Assembly: GCA_024679065.1 (NCBI GenBank)
Contig: JAGIQG010000031.1
Coordinates: 17,360,001-17,424,000 of the forward strand
Length of the DNA: 64,000 nucleotides
Direction: 5' to 3'
DNA from: Sphyrna mokarran
Taxonomy: Eukaryota
The translations under genes were made by a program, and so were the position numbers. Positions 1 to 31,519 of the stretch are shown in pieces. The notes beneath the pieces are model-generated. The model was not told the origin of the DNA, searched no databases, and saw only the letters and a list, made by a program, of their open reading frames with translations. Every line of letters begins with the position of its first letter. Positions within the stretch are counted from its first letter, which is position 1.

Positions 1-225
1 GGAGCATGTGGTGTCTGTGGGTGTAGTTGACGCCTTCCATACTGCTGGGTACCGTAGGGGCTGGTGTGCATTATAGATCCTGACAATCACATTTTAATTT
101 TATGTGTCTTAAGTTTCCTTTATACTTTTTTTTTGTTCTGGCTGTTCCCTTTCCTTTTGGGGAGCTGCCCTTTTACTTTGTCCTTATTTAATTTGAGTTT
201 GTCTATTTGGTTTGTCCTAAAAGAC
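1..225 (+). mobile_element. 3' end of Tx1/L1-like non-LTR retrotransposon (degenerate ORF2 C-terminus plus T-rich 3' UTR)
   Basis: Translation EHVVSVGVVDAF... followed by DPDNHILI-like sequence resembles C-termini of fish Tx1-type ORF2 (recalled). A T-rich tail follows. Confidence 0.4.
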
Positions 226-429
226 ACCTGAAGAGACTGGGTGCCCCTGAGAATGGTATGAGAGAGTACCTGTTTGACAGGCTCACTCAACTGACTGGGA
301 TTCTAATAGAAGTGTTAGCTTTGCTGTATTTGGAAATAAAATCATTTTGTCTCTGTCAAAAAAAAGAGAGGCTAAGCCCTGCTGATATGTAGCTTTTAAC
401 GAGCTGAAGTGAGCCACACCCTGAGCCTG

Positions 430-915
430 CTAATCATTTTAAATTGATTGTTACCTGTTGCATTGACTCTTAGCACATTCAGAATTTAGTAAGTGTTAAT
501 TCCATTTGTGGAATCACATTTAATGTTGGGCACCGTGTTCTGAATTTCCCAAGTATGATCTGGTTGAGTACAGTCACTACCCTGTCTGTTGTGAACAGCT
601 GAAGGGACAGGCTGTTTGACACAATATACCAGCAGTTGAGATATACAACCTGCATACCTGGCATCATCCCAGCATTCAAATTCATGTACCATACTACGCA
701 TTGGTGTGGTATGTAATTTTTTTTGCTTGATGGCAGTGTCCTGTTTGTCGAGAACACCACTTGTGTGAAGGAATCCCAACACTGAAGATAGGCTCGTGTA
801 GCTGGCAGGAGGGAACCTGTTAGCAGATTTCTCAACTGGCACATTGAAGAAAGAGAGCTTGTTCAACTGGTCTAAAGTATTCACAAACCTTGTTGTTTCA
901 CATTGCTATGATGCA
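430..915 (-). mobile_element. Penelope-like element remnant (GIY-YIG endonuclease region)
   Basis: ORF 486..884(-) contains VHEFECWDDARYAGCISQLLVYCVKQPVP, a decayed form of the VYxFxCxCxxxYVGxTxxxLxxRxxQH GIY-YIG motif. Confidence 0.55.
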
Positions 916-1046
916 GTAGCAATTTGAGTGGGTGAGCCAACTGTTCTCTGATGCTGCCCCTTGCACCCACTTTGGGATGACCCTTCAAGCTCAGAGCTGC
1001 TTACTAATCCCTACAAATAGCCATAGTGAGACTTGAGAAGACCAGG

Positions 1047-1825
1047 TGTGATGTTAGTGTACCTTTTAAGAAAGTTCTTGTTTCTTTAAATCTGTTTCTG
1101 CAGTTGAAGACCTTTTTCAGTTTGTTTTCATTGCTACTGTGCTGTCTACGAAGGGTACTTTTATTGCTTAAAGGGTCTGTTTATTTGAACTCTGGGTTGT
1201 TTTGTGTGGTTTTGGACAGTCTTTTCTTTCCAATATGTTTAAGATTTCATTTTCTGTTTGGCTGCAGTTAGTTTAGTTTTAGAAGTCACATCAAGCTCAA
1301 AATAAGTGTGTGTCTCTCTCCCTGGTTTTGTAAGTTCTGTTGTTAGCTAGAAGCAGGGTTTCTTATCATCCTGAAGTAGAAAATCTGCTGTTGGTGACTT
1401 GACCAGAGTGTCTCCCTGGGGTTCTGAAAAGTTGTTCTGACTTCAAACTGTTCTGGGTGTGTCAAAAGAAGTATTAGAACTTACAAAACTGAGATTTTTC
1501 AAATTTCCAACCAAAGGACTCCATTTCAGCATTATATGAGCATTAGTCTTTGCTGTATTAAACCTTTGAAAAGGGCTGTTTATGGCATTGGTTTGACTGG
1601 AACATCGTGGATAGATTTATAAAGGATTACATATATCATAGTTGTTTTGTTAGTAAATGATAAAAGGTACGGCTAATTTTCTTTCTGCACATGTTAACCA
1701 CATTGTTAAATAAACTTTCTTTGATTAAAAACTGCCGAGTGTATCATTTGAATCATACTTGAAGTGAAACCTATGATCCAAGCCGCCTCCGTAAAAGACT
1801 TGAGTTTCTGACCTCAATCATAACA
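1047..1825 (+). mobile_element. Probable solo LTR (Gypsy-type)
   Basis: Termini TGTGATG...CATAACA form a short inverted repeat. Flanks CAGG/CGGG are a 4-bp TSD with one mismatch. AATAAA at 1709-1714. No coding potential. Confidence 0.6.
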
Positions 1826-2319
1826 CGGGTCAGAAAAGGAGAGGGAGAAAACTCTAATGATACGAAGAATATTTTGTGTTTAATATTGATTAAAAATGTC
1901 ATGGAACAAAATAATAGAAATGACAACAACAGTCAGATCAGTTAACTTTCAGAGTATCTGACCTCAAAGTAAATCTTTTAAAGAAACATCCTGACTGAAC
2001 CCGAAAAAAAAGTGTTGTAAGTAATTGGGCAAAAAAACACACATTTGAAGGCTTCCCAATACTTAATGAGATCTGAGTCCATTTTCGATTTGCTCTGAAA
2101 AGCATCCAATTCAATCCACACTAATATTGAATGTTACTTTGAATCGTGTTTGTAATTATGCAAAATCCAACCAAAGGCTGGGTACGGATGTGTTTTTTGC
2201 TGTGCTTGCGCTGATTTAGATTTTTGTTGATTTACAGGTAAAAGTATCAGTCTATTTTTTACCATGATCATGATATCGGAATTCGTAGTTAATTGCCTCC
2301 TTCTCCAGTGCTTCTGGTA

Positions 2320-2560
2320 TTGAAATTGGCTGACGTTTGCAGAGGTCACATTGTGGTTTTTTTTATTTGCTGCGTGTTTGAATCGTCCTCAGTAAACGCT
2401 GTGGATCAGCCCGGCTGCTGACAAAGCGCAGCTACTACACTTCCCCTTGCTTGATCGGGTTTGTGCAGACAGGCAGTGTGTTTCAAGCAGCCTTCTTTTT
2501 AGAACGAGGCGCGCTCAGAGACATTACCCCACCGGGCCTGGTTACATTACCTTTAGATAC
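2320..2560 (+). promoter_or_regulatory. CpG-enriched putative POLM promoter / non-coding first exon region
   Basis: Local CpG enrichment in an otherwise CpG-poor background, 200-400 bp upstream of the POLM ATG. Confidence 0.35.
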
Positions 2561-2731
2561 AGCTTTTGCTTGCCACAGCAGTCAATAAAATGTCACCTTT
2601 TTAATAGCACTCCCAGAAAGCAGTAACTTTGGCTTCATGGGGCTTCTGTTGACTTTCACTTATGCTATTGACAGCTCTGTCTCTCTCGTTTCCTTTTCTC
2701 CTTTCTATCTCCCTCCTCCCCTCAGCTTACT

Positions 2732-21593
<18,862 letters not shown>

Positions 21594-21869
21594 GCTGCTG
21601 AATTCAAAATGCAGGAATGTAAAGAATAAGCAGTAAGGACACCTCCAGGGATACCCTCTTGCAAAATGTCTGTACATTTGTCGCTTGGTGTATAACACCA
21701 AGTAAAAGCTGGCTGGTCATTTCCCCCATGTTTGGTTCCTATAATTTAGACACATTTACACTATGCATTTGTAAAATTTGGTAAGTTTTATATGTTGGTA
21801 GATTAAAGAGTCATTTGTTTGCTATCCTGTCATGTTTCTATACAAAGCATACATGTGGACATGTAATTC

Positions 21870-22258
21870 ATTAGCTGTGCTGTTGCAGTCTTTCTGCTGA
21901 ATCAGAAGTTTATAATTCACATCCCACTCAAAGATTGAGTACAAAATCTAAACTAAAACCAAGGGAATTCTGTGTTGTTGACAGTACCATTTTTCTGTTG
22001 AGATTTGACGCTGAAAATCCACCTGCCTCCTCCAGGTGAATGTAAAAGATGTCCAAGTGCAGCTCAAAAAAAGAGTATCATAGTTCTTCCTGGTCGTAAG
22101 TCAATATCCCTAGATTAAATACGGGTATTCCTGTTTATGGAATCTAGCTGTTCCACATTTCCTATCTTACAACAGTGAAGATGTGCTAATTGGCTGTAAA
22201 GCACTTCAGAATGTCCTTAAATCACTGAAGCTGCTAGATAAATGTAATTTCTTTCTCA
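21870..22258 (+). mobile_element. DeuSINE/SacSINE1-like SINE downstream of POLM stop
   Basis: Same head-body-tail pattern as the 20715 element, with tail TTGGCTGTAAAGCACTT...TAGATAAATGTAATTTCTTTCT. Confidence 0.5.
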
Positions 22259-22461
22259 TACAGTATTGCTTTAAGCATTCTAATGTCTGTCTCCAATTTT
22301 TCTTTGCTATTTGTCTCCTCTGTCTTCATTTCACTCATTCTGCTGTACTAAAAATATTCTGTAAGCTACTAATTCAGTTTTGGATGCTTTAAACTTTAGT
22401 TTCACTGTTGCTCAGTTTAAGAAGGGAAGAATTGGGAAGACTGCCCTCTTGATTTCACAAT

Positions 22462-25400
22462 TGTTATGATTGGCAATGGAGGATCATCGATGAATTTCCC
22501 ATGGGCTTTGTGGAGTATGAGCTGCCTTATTGATTGAGCGGAGGCTTGCCCAATGGATAGCAGTCATCAGAGTTCTTAAATTCCATCCGGTCTGTGATTG
22601 TAGGTCCTGAGGTAGAGACTAACTGATTATAAGCTGCAGTCACAGCCCTTCAGTGATGGGAAACTGATGTTTGGCTGAATGACCACATTGGCGATGAGGA
22701 AAATTTTTCTCTTCCTATTTGTATCCAAACAACTTCTAATTCTGGTAGGAATAAACCATTATGCCTCTTCTGGAAAATTGAGGCCTATGACACAAGTGGG
22801 GTACACTGAGCACAATACTATTACTACTATGTTAACAAAATTGAAGGAGACAAAAACAGATATTGTTAGCACTGTTGCCTCACAGTGCCAAGGACCTGGG
22901 TTCAATTCTGGGCTCAGGTGATTGTGTGGAGTTTGCACATTCTTTGCATTATCTCCAAGGGTTTCCTCTCACACTCCAAAGATGTATGCATTAGGTTGAG
23001 TAGCCATGCTAAATTGACACTTTGTGTCAAGGGGATTAGCAGGATATATACACGAGATTATGAGGACAGGGCCTGGGTGGGATTGTTATTGGTCAGTGTG
23101 CCACAGAGAGCCTTCTCTCTTTGGGAATTCAAAATGGCTGGGTGAACTCCTCAAGAATTTTGTCATAGAGTTCTTGGCTAGATTGCGAAATTAGCTGAAT
23201 GTTGCAAATTAGGACCACCTCTTCATGAAATGTGAGATAGATTGATATGTGGCACAACGACTTAACCATGCTCAAGAAGCTGTTGGCAGAACACCATTTT
23301 GACTTTTAAAACAATTGTTAAAATAGCCTTGTCACTTGAGAATGCAGAAAAAGGAGCTCTGGAATTCAAGGTGCATCAGGCAGCAATGCCCTCCAATTAG
23401 GGAGAGGGATCTCTTGTCATCAATCCTCAATGGAGACTGCTTGTGTAAACCAGGTGTTAAAAGAACCCTTACGATTTAGGAATCCTAATGTTACCACCAG
23501 ACAGTTAAGCAAAGATAGTGATCTCAAGAGGGCCAAAAGACTTGTTTTTGTGCTGTATTGTTCTATGAGAGTGGTGGGAGTGTGGAATGAACTGCCAGAT
23601 GAAGTGGTAAATGTGGGCTCACTTTTAACTTGTAAGAAAATCTTAGAACATGGTTCTAAGACTTGTAAGAAAATCTTAGAGACAGGAAAAGTACAACTGA
23701 ATTACACTATTACAATGAAATTTGCCCCAATAATTGTGGAATTAGTATTGAACAGCTATCCCTTGAAGATGGAAGTGGACATGGTAGCTGCAATCTCCAT
23801 TAACAGTCAAAAGATTTGGAAGCTTTCTTAAGGTTGGAGGAACAAAGAGCAGGCTACACAGCAGAGCTTTGAACAATAAAAGACACCACATGGTCCCAGT
23901 AACTTGGAGGCAACAATCAGCCCGTCTCTCACTCATTGTTGTACAGGCTCGTGCATCAAATCTTATGGAGAGAGATTGGCTCCAGCAGACCAGTTAAACT
24001 ACTTGGAGATCTTCAGGCTAAGTGTGGACGATTTGTAACAAGTTATTGCAGATACTATGGAATTTTTCAGGAGGCCCTGGAAAATATAAAAGCAGTCAAC
24101 CTCAAAATCTTCATTGGCTCTAATGTTACATTTCAATATTTCGGAGCCAGACCACTCCCTTACTCCATTATTGGAAAAGGTGGAAACTGAACTAGGATAC
24201 TGCGAAAGCTTTGGGCCATGCAATTTGCAGAATGAGTTGTACCCAGAGTCCCTGTTAAGCTCTGCAAATCAGTTTGTCTTTGAGGACTGTAAATTACCAG
24301 GCAATTGGTTCTTTAAATGGAAAAGTATCCTGTGCCCTGAATCAAAGATTTGTACTCTTAAGTTAGCAGGCAACAATGTTTTCTAAATTGGACATGAGTC
24401 ACGCTTATCTTAAGCTTGAATTGGAGTTCTCCAAGAAATATGTGATAACCAACACACAAGGAACCCTACGAGTTTGCCCATTGGGATCTTGTCAGCATGT
24501 GCTATTTTTCAAAATTATGGAGAACGTCTTCATGGGCTACCTAAAGTCGCAGTAAACTTGGATAGCATATTGGTCAAGGGGCTTCAGAATACAAACACCT
24601 GGCCAACTGAAGTTTTGAAGAGATTTTGTGGAGTGGGAATTTGCTTGAAGAGGGAGAAATGGATTTTAAGTGGCCAAAGTGACCTATTCAGACAATGGAT
24701 GAGATGGGAAGGGGTTATATCCACTAGAAGATATGGTAAAAGATATCAAAAGCACCAAGCTGAAGAAACACAATGTTGTTAAAATCCTTCCTGATGGATG
24801 AGTCAATTATTGAGGAAAATTCATCCTGAATTTGGCTTCCATGCTGGCCTCCTTGCATGCCTGACTACAAAAATATTAGAAATGGTCTTGAAGCTCTGCA
24901 GGCAGAAGTTAAACATCAGTTACTGTCATCTAACTTGCCCATTTTGATCTGAAGAAAGAAGTTGTGGTGCTTTCCCATACAAAGTTGTTGCAGTACTGTC
25001 ACATTGCTGGAAAGAAGGTTGGAAAAGCCCATCGTGTATGCCTCCAGGACTCTTTTTTTTTTAAGATGCAGAGCAAAGGGATTCTTAAATTGAGAAGGGT
25101 TGGTGGTCGTATTTGGTGTTAAGTAGTTGCAGCAATATGTCTATGATCTATGGAATTTTATAGTCATTGACCATATATTCTTAGGCCTCTTCAAGAAAAC
25201 AAGGCAATTCTCCCATCACTTCTGTCTTGATACAGTGCTAGGCCTTGTTACTGGTAGCCTAAAATATCTTCTGAAACATTGCCCTGGAACCCAGATAGCT
25301 AATGTTGAATCACCACCATTGCCCACATACCTGGCTCCTTCACCAGCATTGGTTGTGTAATGACCCTAAACCTTTTGAAGACATTGCCAGTATCAGTGAG

Positions 25401-26350
25401 GCAGATTAAAGATTCAACCTTATCCAAAATAAGACACGTGATTCTGTTTGGAGGATTCAGAGGACAACTGTCTGAAGAAATGAATCCTTATCTCATGAAG
25501 AAAGATGAACTTAGTGTTGAGGATTGAATCATTGTTTGAGGGTCCCAAGTAATTGTTCTGCCCCAAAGATGACGTCCAATATTAATGGAACTACTTAATG
25601 GCCACTCGCAAGTAGCAAAAATGAAGATGCCGGCTAGGACAAACCATGGTGGCCTGGTTTTGGTTTTGCATCACAGAGCAAAGTGAATTGTGCCAGCTAA
25701 AACAAAAACACCCACCCTCAGCCTCCCAACACCCATAGAATGAACTTTGCGGACCATGGTGTGTGTGCATGTGGATTTCAACAGCCCTTTTGAGTTGCAT
25801 CATTTTAATCATAGTGGAAGCACAGTCCAAGTGGTTGGAGGTGCACTGCATAGGCTCCACAACATCTTAGGCTACAATTGAGAATACCATTGAATGCTTC
25901 AGTATAGGTGGAATACCAAAAGGTGGGAATCCGATAATGGCATAGTCTTTTCTAGTGGTGATTTCCAAAACTTCTGCTCTCCAATGGCATCTAACACATG
26001 AAAACTGCACCTTATCACCCATTAAATGGAATGGTACAACAGGCAGTTCAAACCTTCAAAAATGGCATGAAGAAACAATCTGCAGCATCTATGGAGACTC
26101 AACTGGAGATCTATGGAGATCAAACGCTGTTTGATTACAGCGGACCATACCAACAACAAGGGTTGCTCAATTGGATAAACAGTGCTTTAGGAACATGTGT
26201 TCTCATTCTTGTGACAAACTTTAGGAATGGTTGCAGGTGAATCCCTGGGATTGTTATGGAAAAATGGAACTAGTGTTTTACAAGGTCAAAATTCGGGGTA
26301 AAATCCTGAAGAAGCAGTTGGACCATCTCGGAACCAGGTTCCATGCTTGA
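22462..26350 (+). mobile_element. Degenerate Ty3/Gypsy LTR retrotransposon (5' LTR, PBS, gag, protease, RT, RNase H, integrase remnants)
   Basis: LTR starts TGTTATG at 22462. PBS-like TGGCGATGAGG at 22689. Protease VLNSYPLKMEVDMVAAISI. RT FSKLDMSHAYL, LPIGILSACAIFQ and NLDSILV. RNase H KPIVYASRTL. Integrase RPW..HVDF, DNG and KTAPYHPLNG...AVQTFK. Many stops and frameshifts; no 3' LTR seen. Confidence 0.85.
22862..23098 (+). mobile_element. HE1-like V-SINE inserted in Gypsy gag
   Basis: GTTAGCACTGTTGCCTCACAGTGCCAAGGACCTGGGTTCAATTC (tRNA head with B box), then TGTGGAGTTTGCACATTC...TCCAAAGATG V-domain. Confidence 0.75.
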
Positions 26351-26394
26351 GCAGGCCCCAGCTATACGATGAGTCATGGCCATGCAGGATATCT

Positions 26395-27305
26395 AAGGGA
26401 GAACCAGTATATGTAATATATTTGGATTTCTAAAAAGCATTCAATAGGATACTACACAAAATGAGAGCTCTGGTGTTGGGATTATATTAGCACAGTTAGA
26501 AGATTGCTGAAGTAATAGACAGTTGGGATAAGAGGGGCATTTTCATAATGGCAACTTTTTAACTAATGGAGTGCCCCAGTGTTGGGCCACAATTATTTAT
26601 TTATATATTAATGACTTGGATGAGGGGAGTGAATGCACTATTGCCAAGTTTGCACATGACACAAAGATGGGTGGAAAAGCAAGTGATAAGGATGACACTG
26701 AGTCTACAGAGGACTATAGACGGGTTAGTGAATGGGTAAAAACTTGGCAGATGGAATATAGTATAGGAAAATATTAAGTTATGTACTTTGAAAGAAAGAA
26801 TAAAGGAACTGAAGACTCATTAAATGGAGAAAAATGACAAAATTGCAGGGATTTGGGGATCCTTGTGCATAAATGACAAACTATTATGTAAGTTCAGCAG
26901 GTAATAGGGAAGGCAAATGGAATGTTGAACTTCATTTCAAAAGGAATATAACCATAGTGAAGTCCAGCTAAAATGATACGAAACACTAGTTAGACCACAC
27001 CTGGAATACTGAGAATGATTTTGGTCCCTTATCTAAGGAAAGATATTCTGACATTGGAGGCAGACTTGAGAAGATCCATAAGTTGATCTTGGATATGGAG
27101 TGGTTGAGTAGGTTGGATTGGTGTTCAATGACGCTTAGAAGAATTTTTGAAATGTATAGGATTTTAAGAGGGCTTTACAAATAGATATTGAGAAAGTATT
27201 TCTCCCTTGTGGGACCAGGGAAAGCTGAATTGAGGATTAGTCATGATCTTATTGATTGGCAAAGTAGTCTTAGTGGTTGAAGTGGCCTGAATGTTCCTAT
27301 GTCTT
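26395..27305 (+). mobile_element. Old CR1 LINE fragment
   Basis: YINDLDEGSECTIAKFAHDTK and LVRPHLEY, followed by a CR1 3' tail. Confidence 0.85.
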
Positions 27306-28067
27306 AGTCTTCTGGTCTTGGATACTGAAACAGTCCAAAGCCATCTGCAGCTAGACTTGAAGAACATAGAGATTTGAAGTGATAAGTGACATAAGTCATT
27401 GCCTGATACATACATGGACCAGGCAATGACTTATCTCTAACAAAAGAGAATCAAGTCTTTCTTTCTTGACATCTAACCACAGTATCACTGCTGAATCCCC
27501 CACTATCAATATCCTGATGGTTACCATTGAACAGAAACTGAACAAGTCTCCTTTGAGGGCACCTTTCAAACCCGTGATTGCTACTGTTTTGAAGGAGAAG
27601 GGCAGCCGACACGGGATATTACAGTATATTTTAGAAAAGCTGTGCTGATAACTGTCCTTTAAAAGGGTTCCAGGCATCCGGTGTTGATTTTGATTATCTT
27701 TATCCTACCTTTCCGATAACAGCAGGATGCACTCCTCAGACAAATACATTTAAAATGCAATCAATGTTCCCAAAGACTAAAGAGAAACTCATTGAGTTGG
27801 TGGCTTTTCCTCCAAATACACAAAATCTTATTGATGAAGTTATGTAAGGTGGATAACTTGGAATTATCACTTAGCTTATTTGGAAGATGATGCAATATTG
27901 TGTGGGTTACATGAAAATGGTGGTCAGCTTGCCTGACCTGCAAGAAGCATTAAAAAAGGCAGGAACAAGGCAGATCTACAGAGGACCATCTTGAAAAGAT
28001 GTTAACCCAAGAAAAGACGAGGTATTTCAAAACAGCTGCTGGTCTGCTGTACAGTTAAATATTGCCA

Positions 28068-28648
28068 TGCTGTAGAATATGAGTAAAGAATCGCTGTGTG
28101 AAGTTGGACGAATGAAGTAATGGTATGATGGGAAAATTTGTCAACAATTTGGTACAAAATAAGGAAAACTGACTCTGCATAACCTAAGACATGAATAAGA
28201 CCAGAGAAGATCAAGACCTGATAAGGCTGACTCTGCATAACCCAGGGCTGTATGAGTACTACAAGACAAGGTCAGGGATGAAGGAGTCATGGACTTTCTG
28301 TTCTATCAAAGGATAAGATAAAAGTATGAATGATGAGAGAGAGTTGGAGGAGGTCAGCAGGCTGTACCATGATTTCTGACATTGCTTATGACGCTACCAC
28401 TAATTAAATTTCTGAATAAGCTCTGGTCTCACAAACTGTTAATGATTATGTATAAAAACTGAACTGATTCTTTATGTAAGCGCAGACTTGAGAAGGAATT
28501 AGCAAGTCGTAGCAACGGCTCTCCAAACTCAAGTTACTGCCAATACTGCATACAGTCTTTCGTAAATAAAGACTAGTTATTTGATTGGGATGAATTTTGT
28601 TGTGTCTTTCTATCATAGTCGAGAAGCAGGAAAATTTCTACTTCAACA
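28068..28648 (+). mobile_element. Probable solo retroviral/LTR-type element
   Basis: Duplicated 16-mer CTGACTCTGCATAACC (28169 and 28227), TATAAAA at ~28451, AATAAA at ~28565, ends ...TTCAACA. TSD not evident. Confidence 0.45.
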
Positions 28649-31519
28649 TCAGCTTTATAAACCCTGATTTACACTTAAACTCAGCCCTTAAAGTGACTTC
28701 TGGCAGTTTAATATGGATGCCAGTGTAACTGCAGCCACAAGTCTATAATCTCAAGATCTTCACTTCAGATAACGCAACTGTTCAAGTCCAAAACACATCA
28801 GGCCTGCATTAAACATGGACTAATCTTGATTTATGTTCATTAGCATGGCTGTATCTTCTTTTTGTGTGTGTTTGTGTACTAGAGCATGGAGTGAAATAAA
28901 CTAACCTTACAGTACAAATATTTTTCTGTTTGGTTATTTTAATGCATTTACTTATTCCAAAGTGAAATACACAGACACACTTCATGGGGACAACCTTTTA
29001 AAGTGTGCACATGACATCACCATCATGACTGGCTCTGCTGCATAAGCCAAATGGTAAACTGAAGAGGGCAGGACAAGTTTGTGCTTGATATTCACTGGTC
29101 CTGTTGATGGATCTGGCACATTGGCCAGATGGTGGCATTCCTGGTTTCAGCCATATTGCTTCTGGTTCACATAGCTTTTCGTGGAATTGTTACGGGATAA
29201 GAAGAAGTTATTTTGCCTGGCATGTCTTCGAAGGAGAAATTCACCTCGTTTCACTTTCCCCACATTCTCCCCTTTCAGCTAATAATCTAATTTGCTCTTG
29301 ACTGCCATGCTGTCACCAAGGTTTAAATCTTGTAACTTTACAGGATCAGTGGTCATCCTCCAACTATTCTGAATCCACTTAGTACTGTGCTCCAATTTTG
29401 CCTCTTGTTCAGTTGTAATCTGTGATTCTGGCTCACCAGTGAGGTCAATAATAACTGCAACATTTATTTACCATTAGCCATCATAGAGGTTACCAGTCAG
29501 CTCCTGAGAAGATTTTGCAACAGAACCCAAGCTCACCAGGGTGATTCCTCCACTGTGCTCTGATTTCCGTTACGTGGGCTTCGGAAGGGGAAAAATGATC
29601 CAGAGAAAAACAGCCCTGCGACCATTTAAGGCTCATTTACTACTTCTAATAGTGCGTTGAGCCGCCAGTGAGTTATATCAACTAGGTGTGGAGATGGTGA
29701 ATGACCTGTGTGTGTTGTGTTAGTGTGTGGAGCAATCACAGATAAGGTACGGGGTTGGCCCTACAGATCTTGCAAGAGGATGGATATAGACTGATTGGCA
29801 AGGGCATGTTTGTTCCCAACTCTGCTTTGTTCCTGTCCCCAAAATCTTAGGTCAGGCTGGACCTGACACTCATCTGAAAAAATGCTATGATGCTCACACT
29901 GCAATTAATGCCCAGCGATCACAGGAGACTTCCTCCTTTCTTCCTTTTATCCCTTTTTCCTACCTCTTGCTCTTCTGTTTTTTCTTTGTCTTGTGTATCA
30001 CAAACTTCTATGAGATTTATGTTCTGTTCCTTTGAAGGAGGTAACTGGGAAGCCAGATTCCTGGCTCAATCTGATGGCCATTGGAGTGGTTCTTTTACAA
30101 TTCCACCTGTTTGAAGTGGCCTGGAAATCTTTGGACCTTGAGTCAAGAGTCATAATTTTCTGGCTCCTCGTGCTATGGTGATTCAGCCACTTTGTGCAAT
30201 AATATGTACCCAATTCCTTGTGACAAAAATTTCTTCAGGCATTTTTGTTCTGTTTCAGTGCTACACCAGGGAATAATAATGTGGATACCAGCAAAACACT
30301 GTGGATGCTAGGTGACACTCTGACAAAGGATTGTCTTGACTCAAAACATTGGTTCTATTCTTTCTTCACATGTTGTCAGATGTGATAAGCATTTCCAATA
30401 TCTTATGTGTGTGTGTGAAAAATGTGGACATGGTTAAAATTATTATAAGGTTCTGAAGGCACACATTTGGTATGGCAAAGATTTAAACTGTGAACTGACA
30501 CTTCATTCTCTTACTTAAGTTAAAATTTTACAGTGTTTGTGATTTGATTATTGTTTGCCAATTAGTGTACAATATCTTGAAATATTTTGCTCAATTTTTC
30601 TCTCTGGATTTGTCTTCTCAGCACTGATTGTCCTTCCCTTGTTCAGGTTGTGTTAAATATGACAGTCATTACTTCAGATTTGGATTGGTCTGCAACTTAA
30701 ACATTAACTGATTTGCTCTTCCCATTGATGCTTCCTGCCATATTTGAAATGCTTTTCAACCCCTGCAGTATTTTGAACACTGTTCAGAAGTTTCGGGAAG
30801 TGATGAGGGCTATAAAACGTCAAGGAAAATTCAAGTATATGAATCAAACTGCTGTGCTATCTTTTTCCATTTGAGGGCAACACGAGCACAAACCATCTCA
30901 GTAGCTAACAGGAAGATTCAGCTGTGTCATCTGCAAATTAAGTAGATTTGAATAAGTCAGAAAATTACCTTGATATATCTTCATTCTGCATGTACCCACA
31001 TAATCTCACCCTAGTTTAAGCCCTTAGCTTTTTTTATTTAAACTTTAATTGGATTCACCTTAATACCTTTGCAGGACAGTGGCATAGTAACTTAATGGTA
31101 TTCCTGTTGCCTTTACTGTGCTGTGCTGTGAGTCGGTTCAGTTCAGTTGGCTGGATAGCTGGTTTGTGATGCAGTGTGATGCCAATAGTGTTCCCAAACC
31201 TGCTGAAGTTATTCATGAAGACTCTGCCTTGTCAACCTTATCCCTTAGTAGTAATCCTCAACTTAAATCACCACTAGTCAGCTCTCGGGCTATGGATATC
31301 TGGGATTTCGGCCACTTTACCTTTGCACTATGCTGCACCCAGCTTTTGACATATTTTGAGAGCATAAGGAGTTGGTGTGATTCACCAGGTGTTCAATTAT
31401 AATAAAAATGAAAACTGTACTGGAGTCTGAAGAAAGCAGGAGTTATTTCCTATTATCAGTTCTGTTCAATTTCCCAGCTGTACAATAGCCTGTGAATGTT
31501 TTTGAACTTCTGACACAAC

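Noticed and set aside
21802-21807. ATTAAA as POLM polyadenylation signal
   Set aside because: Plausible, but a variant hexamer in AT-rich DNA cannot be supported without transcript data.
22862-22915. tRNA-like A/B box sequences (also 53725-53790)
   Set aside because: These are SINE heads with no complete cloverleaf, so not tRNA genes.
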